A stretch of DNA of 64,000 bases. It comes from an uncultured Gemmatimonadales bacterium. Its GTDB lineage: Bacteria; Gemmatimonadota; Gemmatimonadetes; Longimicrobiales; RSA9. This document shows, in pieces, positions 28,174 to 39,987 of this stretch (position 1 is its first letter; each line of letters starts with the position of its first letter). Location: assembly GCA_963798845.1 (NCBI GenBank), contig CAWCUS010000005.1, positions 32,001-96,000 on the forward strand, read 5' to 3'. The position numbers were made by a program, and so were the translations under genes. The notes below the pieces were generated by a model. The model was given only the letters and a program-made list of their open reading frames with translations, searched no databases and was not told the origin of the DNA.

Positions 28174-31100
28174 AGAGCTGCCTGCTGTCCAACAGGTACT
28201 CGGCGGGAACCGCGCGGCCGGTGGTGATGTTCCGCAGGGTCTCGGGCGGCGCGTAGCTCGCCTCCAGGGTGCCGCTCGGATTGAAGTGCCACTCGAGCGA
28301 GACCGTCGAATAGGCGGCGATGTCGTTGCCGCCGAGCGGGGACTCCACGTTCACCCAGAAATCCTGCAGCCCAGGCAGCTCCTTCCCGGCCACGAGGTAG
28401 AGCTGATCGAGGCTGGCGCCCGGCCGGGTCTGGATCTCGAAGTAGTCGAGCCCGAGCTCGGGTCCGATCCGCGACGCCACCAGGTCCGTGAACCCGTAGA
28501 GCGCGGCCGCTTCGCCAAGGAGCGACTGCCCGCCGACATTCGCGACCTCCGTGCACGAGCGGCCGACTGCCAGGAAACAGAGCAGCTCCGACTGCGGCAC
28601 GGCGCTGCCGTTGGCTGAAGCGAGGTTGACGTTCAGGTTGTCGATCGTACCCGTGACCCGGATGCGCACGTCCACGCGCGTGTTCGGTCCGGTGCGGACG
28701 GTGCGGGACGCCGTGATGTCCAGCGCGGGGTTGGGGCTCGGATCGCCGAAGAACCGAACCGTGGCGTCCACGAGCTGGAACTGGCGCGTGATCCCGGGGC
28801 CGGCGACGACCGTGAACGTGCCCTGGTCTCCGGTCAGCCGGCCCTGAATGGCGAAGTCCCCGCCGGTCTTGTTGACGGTGAGCCTTCCCGCGAGCTGGGC
28901 GCGGCCTTCCTTCATGACGAACCACAGGTTGTCCCCGACCGTGACCTGGAGGTCGTGAATGGCGAACCCGCCCGCCGCCGCCGGCTCGGCCATCTGGAGC
29001 CCGCCCTGGAGGAGGTCGAACTGCTGACTGGCGCCGATGAGCCGCTGGCCGAAGCCGGCCTGCTCGACGGGGGCAAGGCTCACGGCGCCGTCGCGGACTG
29101 CAACGTCGCCGGTGATCGATGGCTGACCGAAGGAGCCGGTGAGCGCCACGTTACCCCAGACCCCGGCGTCGTTCTCGCCGCTCACGCCCTGGGGCTGGAA
29201 GCCGTTGAGGTCGACCGAGATCTCCAGCGCCGGATCGGTCAGCTCCTCCAGCGTGATCCGCCCGGACGCCACCGCCGTCCCGCCGCTCGTGACCGAGAGG
29301 TCATGGAGCGTGACCACGCGGCCATCGAGCGTGGCACGGCCGCTGAGGTCGTGGTAGCGCTTGTCGAGCATGGGCACCGTGGCGGCGCCGTTCTGGATCG
29401 TCACGGATCCGCCCACCTGGGGCGAGGCGGGCGTGCCGCCGAGCGTCATGTCGGCGGAGAGGTCCCCGGCGATATCGGTTATGGTGCGGATCCCGGGGTC
29501 GAGAGTGGCGAGCGGGAACCGCTGGGTCGTGAGGTGTCCTTCCACCGGAGCATCGTCGACCAGCGCGAAGGACGGCGGGAGGCCCAGAGTCATGTCGGCT
29601 CCGGCGGCGGCGGTGATCTGGACGCGGGCGGAGTCGCCGAGCTGCCCGGTGGCTTCGAACGTGAGGCGGGCATCCGAGTACCCGAGCTTGCCCGTGATGG
29701 CCTGCACCGGGACGCCCCGAAGCGAGCCGCCGTCGAGCCGGAGCTGGAGCGATACCGTGGGCTGCGCCGCCGGCCCGCGAACGGAGCCCTGGAGATCGAG
29801 CAGCCCCGTCACGGGGAGCGACGACCCGGCGAACGCCAGCACTTCTCCGATCGGCAGCCGGCGGATGTCCAGGTCGAAGTCGGTCTCGTCGGCAGGGGCC
29901 AGGACGCCGTCGATCCGGGCCACGCCCTGGCCGCCCACCTGCTCGAACCCGAGATCCTGCACGTGCACCGCCTCCCCCTTCCGCCAGGCGATGGTGGCAG
30001 GGCCCGGGAGGTGCCAACGTTGCCCCTCCAGGTCCAGCTCGGCCTGTCGGACCAGGATCTCGCGGGCACCGGTGTCGTCCATCCGGCCGCTCGCCTGGAA
30101 CTGGACCACGCCGCCGCCGCCCGTCTGATCCGCGTCCAGCGCCACCTCGAATGTGGGCTCGGTGAAGTCGACATCCAGGGAAGCGCGGTCGAAGTCGCCC
30201 CCGGGGGTGCGGATGTTCGTGCCCTGCACCTTGGCCACCACGTCGGGGAGCGCAGTGTCCGGCCGCACGTCGTAGCTGCCACTGAAGCTCGCGGCGGCCC
30301 AGGCACCATAGCGGAAGTCCTGCGCGCTCATGGTGCCGCGGACCGACGGGCTCTGGAGCGTGCCCTGGATCGTCCCTGTCGCGCTCAATGCCCCGGTCAC
30401 GAACGGCTGGATCCCGGTGGCGGAATCGGCAGGGAAGTACGGGGCGAGCGGCTGCAGCGACGCCACGGCGATGTCGTAGCTGAGGGCCCCACCGCTGCCG
30501 TTGGCGAACCGCCACTCCCCACTGGCGGCGAGGTGGATCGGACCGAGGTCCATGCGGGCGGTGCGGGCACGCAGCAGCCCGTGGTCGGCGCTGCCGTCGA
30601 GGGCGATCGTGTCCCCGGGCTGACTCCGCCACCCGGTGAACGTGCCGTTCAGCGCTACCGTGGCGTCCGCAATGGCGGGCTCGAGGCCGGACCCGGCCAG
30701 CTGGAAGGTGGCGTGTACCGCCGCCGGCGGCGCGGAAGGCGCCAGAACCTGGCGCAGCTCCACGCCGGCGATCCGGCCGTGGAGATCGTAGGTCGGGACC
30801 GAGTCCTGGAGGTTCACGACGCCGGCGACGGTCAGCACGCCCCCGCCGGTCTCCAGCCGGACGTCCACCTGGAGCGGCGAATCTCCGGGCGTGCCCTGGA
30901 ACCGGACCGTGCCGCTCACGGCACCCGCCAGGGGCAACGCCGGCGCGAACTGCCGGACCACGGAAAGCGGGACCTCCTGGAGCTCGGCGGTGACCTGGCC
31001 GAGGTGGAGCTTCCCCCCCGCCAGGCTCACGGACCCGGTCAGATGGGTGGAGAACGGCCGCCCCGACGTCGGCTGGGCGAGCTGCGCCTGCAGCTCGAAG

Positions 31101-32215
31101 GCGACCTGCTCCCCGGTCCCATGAATGCGTCCGTTCAGCTCACCGGTGTAGGGCAGCGGACCCGTGAACGCCTCCACGAGCGAAAGCCGGAGAGGGTTCA
31201 CCCGAACATCGATCGACTCCAGCGTGGGCCCGTCGGGTCCGAGCACGGCCTGCAGCGATCCGGAAACGTGCGAGCGCGGGGCGGTCAGGTCGAGACCGGT
31301 CAGGGTGATCCCGGTCCGCTCCGCGCCCAGCGGCCGCACGGCGACGTGGGCGCTCCCGTGCGCGCCCTCCGGCACTTCAGCCTTCAGCCATGGAAGTTCG
31401 GCAAGCTGGAGGTCCGTGACGGCCAGCGAGGCGCGGACGCCCATCCCGCCCAGCGACGGGCTCCACAGCCCCGAGGCGTCGGCGAACGTGGAGCTGCCGA
31501 ACTGGACGGAGGTGATGTCGAAGCGAAGCCCGCCGCCCGGAAGCTCGAGATCCGCATCCTGCAGCGCCACATGGCGTTCTACCATCCCTCCCGTGCTGTC
31601 CGGGAGCTCCACCTGCGCCTCCGCGGACGCGATCCGGAACTCGGGATGGGCCACGTCGGGGCCGGACAGGCGTGCGGAGGCCACCGACACTTCGAGGTTG
31701 GACGCGCGGTACTCGCTGCTGGGCATCTTCAGCGTCACCGTCCCGCCGCGGATCTGGAAGTTGCTCAGCGTCACCGTCGTCGCGGCCCCGCGGTTCTCCT
31801 TCGAGCGGTTCATCAGCGGTCCGAGCGTCTGCTGGTAGTTCCACCCGGCCGCCGACTTCACCAGGTGGATTTCCGGGCTATCGATCACGCCGTCGGATAC
31901 CAGGATCTCACCGCCCGCCGCCGCCTGGACGTTGAAGGCCATCCTCTTCACCTGCAGCATGGGCGCGCCGGATCCGTCCTGCCACGCCACCGTCCCCGCC
32001 CGGATGCGCACCGTGCGGACCAGGCGGACGCGGACGGGCTGGAGGCGATCGGCCACCCGCGACTCGACCGCAGCGACCCCGTCGCCGGAGAGCGCCCCGG
32101 ACGCCGCGGATGGCTGGCTCCCCCACAACACCCGGTAAGCCACGACGACGGCCACGACGATCAGCGCCGCGGCTGCCACGCTCACCCACGGGCTCCCCCT
32201 CAGTCGCTCCGCCAT
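28142..32215 (-). CDS. tamB: Translocation/assembly module TamB (AsmA/DUF490) protein
   Basis: N-terminal TM anchor, long beta-rich body, C-terminal FFGDPSPNPALDITA; the ATG overlaps the tamA stop. Confidence 0.85.
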   Translation of the reverse strand: MAERLRGSPWVSVAAAALIVVAVVVAYRVLWGSQPSAASGALSGDGVAAVESRVADRLQPVRVRLVRTVRIRAGTVAWQDGSGAPMLQVKRMAFNVQAAAGGEILVSDGVIDSPEIHLVKSAAGWNYQQTLGPLMNRSKENRGAATTVTLSNFQIRGGTVTLKMPSSEYRASNLEVSVASARLSGPDVAHPEFRIASAEAQVELPDSTGGMVERHVALQDADLELPGGGLRFDITSVQFGSSTFADASGLWSPSLGGMGVRASLAVTDLQLAELPWLKAEVPEGAHGSAHVAVRPLGAERTGITLTGLDLTAPRSHVSGSLQAVLGPDGPTLESIDVRVNPLRLSLVEAFTGPLPYTGELNGRIHGTGEQVAFELQAQLAQPTSGRPFSTHLTGSVSLAGGKLHLGQVTAELQEVPLSVVRQFAPALPLAGAVSGTVRFQGTPGDSPLQVDVRLETGGGVLTVAGVVNLQDSVPTYDLHGRIAGVELRQVLAPSAPPAAVHATFQLAGSGLEPAIADATVALNGTFTGWRSQPGDTIALDGSADHGLLRARTARMDLGPIHLAASGEWRFANGSGGALSYDIAVASLQPLAPYFPADSATGIQPFVTGALSATGTIQGTLQSPSVRGTMSAQDFRYGAWAAASFSGSYDVRPDTALPDVVAKVQGTNIRTPGGDFDRASLDVDFTEPTFEVALDADQTGGGGVVQFQASGRMDDTGAREILVRQAELDLEGQRWHLPGPATIAWRKGEAVHVQDLGFEQVGGQGVARIDGVLAPADETDFDLDIRRLPIGEVLAFAGSSLPVTGLLDLQGSVRGPAAQPTVSLQLRLDGGSLRGVPVQAITGKLGYSDARLTFEATGQLGDSARVQITAAAGADMTLGLPPSFALVDDAPVEGHLTTQRFPLATLDPGIRTITDIAGDLSADMTLGGTPASPQVGGSVTIQNGAATVPMLDKRYHDLSGRATLDGRVVTLHDLSVTSGGTAVASGRITLEELTDPALEISVDLNGFQPQGVSGENDAGVWGNVALTGSFGQPSITGDVAVRDGAVSLAPVEQAGFGQRLIGASQQFDLLQGGLQMAEPAAAGGFAIHDLQVTVGDNLWFVMKEGRAQLAGRLTVNKTGGDFAIQGRLTGDQGTFTVVAGPGITRQFQLVDATVRFFGDPSPNPALDITASRTVRTGPNTRVDVRIRVTGTIDNLNVNLASANGSAVPQSELLCFLAVGRSCTEVANVGGQSLLGEAAALYGFTDLVASRIGPELGLDYFEIQTRPGASLDQLYLVAGKELPGLQDFWVNVESPLGGNDIAAYSTVSLEWHFNPSGTLEASYAPPETLRNITTGRAVPAEYLLDSRQLFIATRWRWTY

Positions 32216-34378
32216 CAGAACGCCTGCCCCAGAGCGATGTGCACCTGAAGACGGCTCCAGAAGCCGGGCGGCGGAGGCCGGTATGATTCCGTCGCCCTCT
32301 CCACCACGCCCGTCGCGAAGTGCTGGAGGTAGAGTGGTGCGCTCGGGTTGGGGTACGGATTGTAGGCGACATCGACTCGAATCGGCCCCACCGGAGTCAG
32401 CACCCTCGTTCCCACCCCCGGCGTGACCCGCCACTGGGATGGCCCCCTGGACAGGGGATCGAGCCCCACTGTCCCGGCATCCACGAAGGCGGCCAGTCCG
32501 AAGCGCTGCGGCATGAACGGGGAAGGGAAGCGGAGCTCCGCACTCGCCACGGTCACGGACGTGCCGCCCGTCGGAAGGAAGTCCACACTGAGCGTGTCCG
32601 TCGCCACCTCGGCCGCGGAGAGGGTGTCCTGGCTTCCGGTGTACAGCCACACGCCGGGACCGAGCTCGTTGCGCGCGTACCCGCGCACGCTGCTCGCCCC
32701 GCCGGCGTAGAAGCGCTCTTCGGGCGGCACGAAGTGGTTCGACCCGATGCTCGCCTTCGTCAGGAAGCTCCCGGTCCGGAGGAAGAGCGCCGCCACCCAG
32801 CCGGGCCGGATCTCGTGGTACAGCGCCCCCTCCACGTTCGCCCGCAGGAAATTGTAGTCCGACGCGAGCAGGGGAGAGGCCCACAGCACGCTGCCCCGGA
32901 GCGTGTACCCGTCCGTGGGGTCGAGCACCCGGTTGCCCGCGTCGCGGGCCCAGCTCCCCGACAGCGCGTTCCTCCAGCGCACCCTCCCCAGCTCCGCCAG
33001 GTCGCCGGGCGTGCACACCGAGAAGGTCGCGCAGTAGAACGCGGGCGCGGCCTCCGTGCGGCGCCGCTCCAGGTCCAGCGACGCGCTGAGCAGGTCCTTC
33101 CGGCCCATGTTCCGGGAGAACACCAGCCTCGCGCCCTGCGCCACCCGTCGGAACACCCGGGCCTCCGACTGGCGCTCGGCGAATACCGTCGCCACCACGT
33201 TGTTGGTCGGGGCCAGGAAATACGGCTGGCGCAGCTCCACCGCCGCCCGGTAATCGAGCGTCTGGCCGTAGGGAAGATTCGCGTTGGACCCCAGGTTCAC
33301 CTGCTGCGCGCGTCCGGCCGTGCAGATCCGGCTCACCGAGCTCGTCACCTGCAAACGCCGGCCAGCACCCGAGAAGCTCCGGTCCGTCCAGGTCCCTTCC
33401 ACGCGCCCGCAGTCCTGGGTTCCCCAGCCGACGAGCGTGCTCACCACGTGCTCCGGCGCCTCCGTGATCTCGACGGAAACCGTCGCGGTGGTGCTGTCCT
33501 CCGGGGTTCGCTGGAGCGAGTCCGGCGCGACCGCCACCGCGGCCAGCGCCACCATGTCCAGGTTGTACAGGTTGCGCTGGCTCGTGATCAGGTCGCTCCG
33601 ACGCAGCAGGTCCCCCTGTCGGAACGTGAGCTGCCGCATGACCGTGTTCCGGTCCAGAACGTCGTCCCCGACCACGAGCACGGAGTCCACCGCCACCCGG
33701 GGGCCCGGCACGGCCACCAGCCACGCCGTGGCCCGGTCCTGGATCGTGTCCACGGAATAGTTGCGCAGGACCTCGGCATACGGATGGCCGCGCGCATGGA
33801 GAACCGCCGTGATCGTGTCGGCGGATTGCACGAAGTCCCCGATGTCGAACAGATCCCCTGCCTGCAACGGAGATGATCCGCGACAGCGAGTCCGGGTCGG
33901 CTATCCCCTCCGTGCCGTCCACGACCACGGAATCAAGGCGGACGCCGTCCGCCCGGTGGACCACGAAATGGAGCGTGATCGGAGCGTCGTGGCCGCCGGG
34001 CTCATCGATCACCGGCACGACGCGCGTGCCGAAATAGCCGGATTGCCGGTACAGGAGCGAGAGCCGGGAGAGGTCGGAGCCGAGCGTGTAGAGATCGAGG
34101 TGATGCACGTGCAGGCCCCAGTGGGTGCCGGGGATGCAGAACGGCAGAAAGCCGAGCCGGCAGTTCGTCGCCTGCGTCTCGGTGAGCGCATCCAGGGAAT
34201 CCGTGCTGAATGGCGCCGCGTTCTCCCAGGTGACCTTGCCGATCTCGCGGCCCCGATACTCGTCGACCTGCGGATAGACCTGCGCGACACGGGGTTGGGC
34301 GCACGCTCCGGCACCCATGACCCCCACCCCGAGCAGCACCAGCCACGCATGCCGCCGGGCCGCGCTGGATCCATCCAT
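32215..34378 (-). pseudogene. tamA: Omp85 (BamA/TamA) family lipoprotein split by a +1 frameshift near 33871 (probably an assembly error)
   Basis: AGAC lipobox; POTRA motifs (YRQSGYF, LHARGHPYA); FYAGGASSVRGY; TPVGPIRVDVAY; C-terminal IALGQAF. Confidence 0.85.
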
Positions 34379-34430
34379 CCACCGGCTCCTTCACAGTCCC
34401 CTGATCCTCCCCGTTCGACGCTCCGCGCAA

Positions 34431-34446
34431 TGCAAGCCACAAGCCA
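34431..34446 (-). promoter_or_regulatory. Putative sigma54 promoter of tamA-tamB
   Basis: Minus strand reads TGGCTT-GTGGC-TTGCA with correct GG/GC spacing, about 50 nt upstream of the start. Confidence 0.45.
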
Positions 34447-34506
34447 GTGGCAGGGAAGGGGCGCCGCGCCGCCGACCCGCACCAACTCCCCCGCGCCGGC
34501 ACGACG

Positions 34507-34535
34507 TTGACGTGAACCGGGCCTTGGGATAGCTT
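34507..34535 (+). promoter_or_regulatory. Putative sigma70 promoter
   Basis: TTGACG-N17-TAGCTT, 60 nt upstream of ATG 34595. Confidence 0.6.
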
Positions 34536-34594
34536 TCGCGGCTCGCTACGATCGCCGCGCACGTACGCGGCACACTCCGGTTCTACGCTACAGA

Positions 34595-35359
34595 ATGGCG
34601 AAACATCCGACGTCGTCCCGGGTCCACCGGGAGGAGAAACGGCCCGACGACGCGTTCGTCAACGCGATCCAGACCACCGGCACCTGGGCCGCCGAGAACG
34701 CCCGCGCCCTGATCGTCTTCGGCGTGGTGGCCGCGGTCATGGTCGCCGTCGGCATCTACTGGGTCACGTCCCAGCGTCGCGTCGAGACGGAAGCGGCAGC
34801 CCGCCTCGGCGAGGTCCAGCAGTCGGCGGCCAGCGGCAACGCCCAGCTGGCCATCCGCGACCTGAGGACCTACCTCGAGACCTTCGGCGGGACCCGCGCC
34901 GCACGGGAAGCGCGGCTCGTGCTCGCCGACCTCCTCATCAGCGAGGACTCGGCCCAGCAGGCCGCCTCGGTTCTCGGCAAGCTCGGCCAGGACCTCGACG
35001 ACCCCCTCGGCCTCGCCGCGGCCCGGCTCCAGGCGGCCGCCTACGAGACCATGGGGCAGGCCGACCAGGCCGTCTCGGAGTACGTCCGCATCGCCGCGCA
35101 CGCCCGCTTCACCTTCCAGCGCCGAGAGGCCCTCGCCAATGCCGCGCGCGTCCGCATGCAGACCGGCGATCCGGGAGACGCGGTCCCGTACTACGAGCAG
35201 GTGCTCACCACCTTCGAGCCCGGCGAGAACGGCCGCGACTACTACGTGATGTGGCTCGCTGAGGCCCGGGCCCAGGAACGCGCAGACTCCACTTCTGCCG
35301 CGACCCCGGCAGCGGGCATCCCGGCTCCGGCCCCGGACTCCGTCAACCCCGGCGGTTGA
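34595..35359 (+). CDS. YfgM-like single-TM tetratricopeptide repeat protein
   Basis: Basic N-terminus, D..FV...W..EN, TM helix, then TPR-like helices. Confidence 0.8.
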   Translation: MAKHPTSSRVHREEKRPDDAFVNAIQTTGTWAAENARALIVFGVVAAVMVAVGIYWVTSQRRVETEAAARLGEVQQSAASGNAQLAIRDLRTYLETFGGTRAAREARLVLADLLISEDSAQQAASVLGKLGQDLDDPLGLAAARLQAAAYETMGQADQAVSEYVRIAAHARFTFQRREALANAARVRMQTGDPGDAVPYYEQVLTTFEPGENGRDYYVMWLAEARAQERADSTSAATPAAGIPAPAPDSVNPGG

Positions 35360-35554
35360 GCGAGCGCGGCACCCGCCGGGGCTGACCGGCCCCGGAGCCC
35401 AAAGAACGATATCGCGCGCGACGGCGCAGCCGGATCAACCGGTCCCCGTCGCGCTTCCTTTTCTCACTGCTTTCCTCTCCGGCCCGTTCGCTGGGGAACG
35501 TCGTGGAGGCGCAGCGGGCAGGGTCGCTGCGCCCGAGGAGCGGCCGACCGCCCA

Positions 35555-35582
35555 TGTTCGCATAATATACATTATGTAAACT
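35555..35582 (+). other. dif: dif-like XerC/XerD chromosome dimer resolution site
   Basis: TGTTCGCATAA-TATACA-TTATGTAAACT has the 11-6-11 layout with XerC-like and XerD-like arms; AT-rich, intergenic, between convergent genes. Confidence 0.92.
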
Positions 35583-35702
35583 TGGGCCGGGCCGGGGCCG
35601 GGCCGCGACCTGGCCTTCAGGCCGCTGCCTGGAGGATCTCCCTGCCCCCAAACGGCCCTCGGGACCGGGAAGTCGGGCCGCGGGGTCAGCGGCCCGGTGC
35701 CG

Positions 35703-36350
35703 CTAGGAGCTCGCGGAGTCGGCGGCGGCCGCGGAGGCCGCGTCCCCGGCGAGGCGAGCGATCTCGGACATCAGGCGCCGCTGCGCTTCCGGCAGCTGCG
35801 CGTCGCGGGCGCGTCGATCGTCGAGGCGCGGAAAACGGAGGGGCGTGCCGAACCGAATGCGGACGTCTCCGCGTCGGATGCGGCGGTCCCAGCGAGGCCA
35901 AACGTCGTACGCGCCCCGGATTCCGCACGGTACGACGGGAACGCCGGCCTTGAGGATGAGGCGTATGGTGCCCAGGCGAGGCGCCTGGAGGCGCCCGTCC
36001 CAGCTTCGCTCTCCCTCGATGTAGATCCCGACGCCCTGTCCGTGCCCCAGGTGGCGGAGGACGGTGCGAACGGCCTGCGGGTCGATCTCGAACCGACGTA
36101 CCGGGAAGGATTTGAGGCGCTTCATGAGGCCGCGGAAGAAGCGATCGGAAAACTGTGTGCTCTTGGCCATGGTGTAGATGGGCCGCCGGATCACCGCCTG
36201 GATGAGGATCGGGTCGAGATAGCTCTGGTGGTTGGCGATGAGCAGGAACGGGCCGTTTTCCGGGACGTTCTCGAGGCCGTGGACGTCGAGCCGTCCCAGG
36301 AGGGGCCAGAGCGTGCGCACGAGGCGCTGCGCGAAGCCGTACAGCGTCAT
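35703..36350 (-). CDS. plsC: 1-acyl-sn-glycerol-3-phosphate acyltransferase family
   Basis: NHQSYLD, FPVRR, YIEGERS, VPVVPCGI. Confidence 0.9.
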   Translation of the reverse strand: MTLYGFAQRLVRTLWPLLGRLDVHGLENVPENGPFLLIANHQSYLDPILIQAVIRRPIYTMAKSTQFSDRFFRGLMKRLKSFPVRRFEIDPQAVRTVLRHLGHGQGVGIYIEGERSWDGRLQAPRLGTIRLILKAGVPVVPCGIRGAYDVWPRWDRRIRRGDVRIRFGTPLRFPRLDDRRARDAQLPEAQRRLMSEIARLAGDAASAAAADSASS

Positions 36351-36958
36351 CGGCGCGCGACGATCCGGGGTTGGAACTCGAGGATCTCTCCCCTTCCCGT
36401 TCGTCGATAGAAATCCCGCAGCGCGGTGTCGACGAGCACTTCCCACAGGAAGATGGAGTCGTTTTCGAAGCGGAAGGAGACCAGTGGGCGGCCGGACGCC
36501 TTGATCTGGAGGGCGCTGGAGCTGGCCTGCACGGCCGTCAGGCGCTCGAACGGCCATGGGCGCGCCTCCCCCTCATCCGGCGCCCACCGCAGCCCTTCCA
36601 GCGTCATTTCCAGCGTTCCGGGCGCCTCCGCCCCGTACCGCTCGATCCGGTTCAGGTACCGGCCTTCGCCGCGCACCACGTCGCTCCCCTCGACTTCACG
36701 GGCACGCACCCGCGCCGTCCGGACCACGCCTTCCGGCGCGCTCCCCAGCAGGGTCCGGGGGTCCGGCAGCCGGTCCACCCAGTCGGCCGCGGTGCGTTTC
36801 AGGACCCGCCCGTCCGGGAGCACGCAGCGGATGGAAGCGCCCGTGTCACGCTCGTACACGGCGTGGCACGCGACGCAGGCGCCCGGGTGGGCGGGGTCGC
36901 GCAGCGCCCCTACTTCCCCGCACTGGGGGCACGCCCAGAGGAGGTCGGAGAGCGCCAT
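36347..36958 (-). CDS. Hypothetical zinc-ribbon + PH-like protein coupled to plsC
   Basis: LLWACPQC...CVAC, beta-rich body and terminal helix; stop overlaps the plsC ATG. Confidence 0.7.
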   Translation of the reverse strand: MALSDLLWACPQCGEVGALRDPAHPGACVACHAVYERDTGASIRCVLPDGRVLKRTAADWVDRLPDPRTLLGSAPEGVVRTARVRAREVEGSDVVRGEGRYLNRIERYGAEAPGTLEMTLEGLRWAPDEGEARPWPFERLTAVQASSSALQIKASGRPLVSFRFENDSIFLWEVLVDTALRDFYRRTGRGEILEFQPRIVARR

Positions 36959-36964
36959 CAGGGC

Positions 36965-37696
36965 CTAGAGACGTCCGAAGAGGTCGAGGAAGCGGAGCGT
37001 CCAGACGCGCCAGACTGCCTCCCAGATGATTCGCTTCGACATCTTGGATTCGCCCACGTCCCGATCCGCGAACACGATGGGAATCTCGCCGAGGGAGAAT
37101 CCGTTGCGCCAGGCTCGCAGGCTGATCTCGATCTGGAACGCGTATCCCTCAGATCCGACGCGGTCTAAGTCGATTGACCTTAAAACATTGGCGCGGAAGC
37201 ACTTGAACCCTCCAGTCGCATCCGTTACTGGAAGTCCGGTGGCGACGCGCGCATAGAGGTTGGCGAACCAGGAGAGGAGGAGGCGGGACATCGGCCAGTT
37301 GATGACGGTTACGCGGCCGTGGAGGTAACGGGAGCCGAGGACGACGTCGAACTCGCGGACGGCGTCGAGGAACTGCGGGAGGTGGCTGGGGTCGTGTGAG
37401 AAGTCGGCGTCCATCTCGAAGAGGACATCGTAGTCGCGCTCGAGCCCCCATTTGAAGCCGGCGATGTATGCGGTTCCGAGGCCGAGCTTCCCTTCCCTCG
37501 TGAGGACGTGAAGCCGGGGTTGCGCGGCGGCGATCTGCTCGGCGAGCTGGCCGGTTCCGTCGGGCGAGGCGTCGTCGATGATGAGGATCTCGAGGCGCGG
37601 GTCCTGCTCGAGGACGAGGGGGACGAGGCGTCGGATGTTGTCGCGCTCGTTGTAGGTCGGCACGACGACCAGGGCCTTCTCCAGCTTATCTCCCAT
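36965..37696 (-). CDS. Polyprenol monophosphomannose synthase-like GT2 (DPM1-like)
   Basis: VVPTYNERDNI, DDASPDGT, GLGTAY, EMDADFSHDP, GYAFQIE, GESKMS. Confidence 0.92.
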   Translation of the reverse strand: MGDKLEKALVVVPTYNERDNIRRLVPLVLEQDPRLEILIIDDASPDGTGQLAEQIAAAQPRLHVLTREGKLGLGTAYIAGFKWGLERDYDVLFEMDADFSHDPSHLPQFLDAVREFDVVLGSRYLHGRVTVINWPMSRLLLSWFANLYARVATGLPVTDATGGFKCFRANVLRSIDLDRVGSEGYAFQIEISLRAWRNGFSLGEIPIVFADRDVGESKMSKRIIWEAVWRVWTLRFLDLFGRL

Positions 37697-37772
37697 GCCG
37701 TCTTGAAGTTAGCGATGCCGCCGGCTAGGTTGCGGCGACTGCAAAGGTACCCCCTTCCCCGGCCGGCTACAA

Positions 37773-39986
<2,214 letters not shown>

Positions 39987-39987
<1 letters not shown>

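Noticed and set aside
28142..34378. 2078-aa giant ORF as a TamA-TamB fusion
   Set aside because: The middle part is an off-frame read-through of tamA caused by the frameshift; TamB has its own ATG at 32215.
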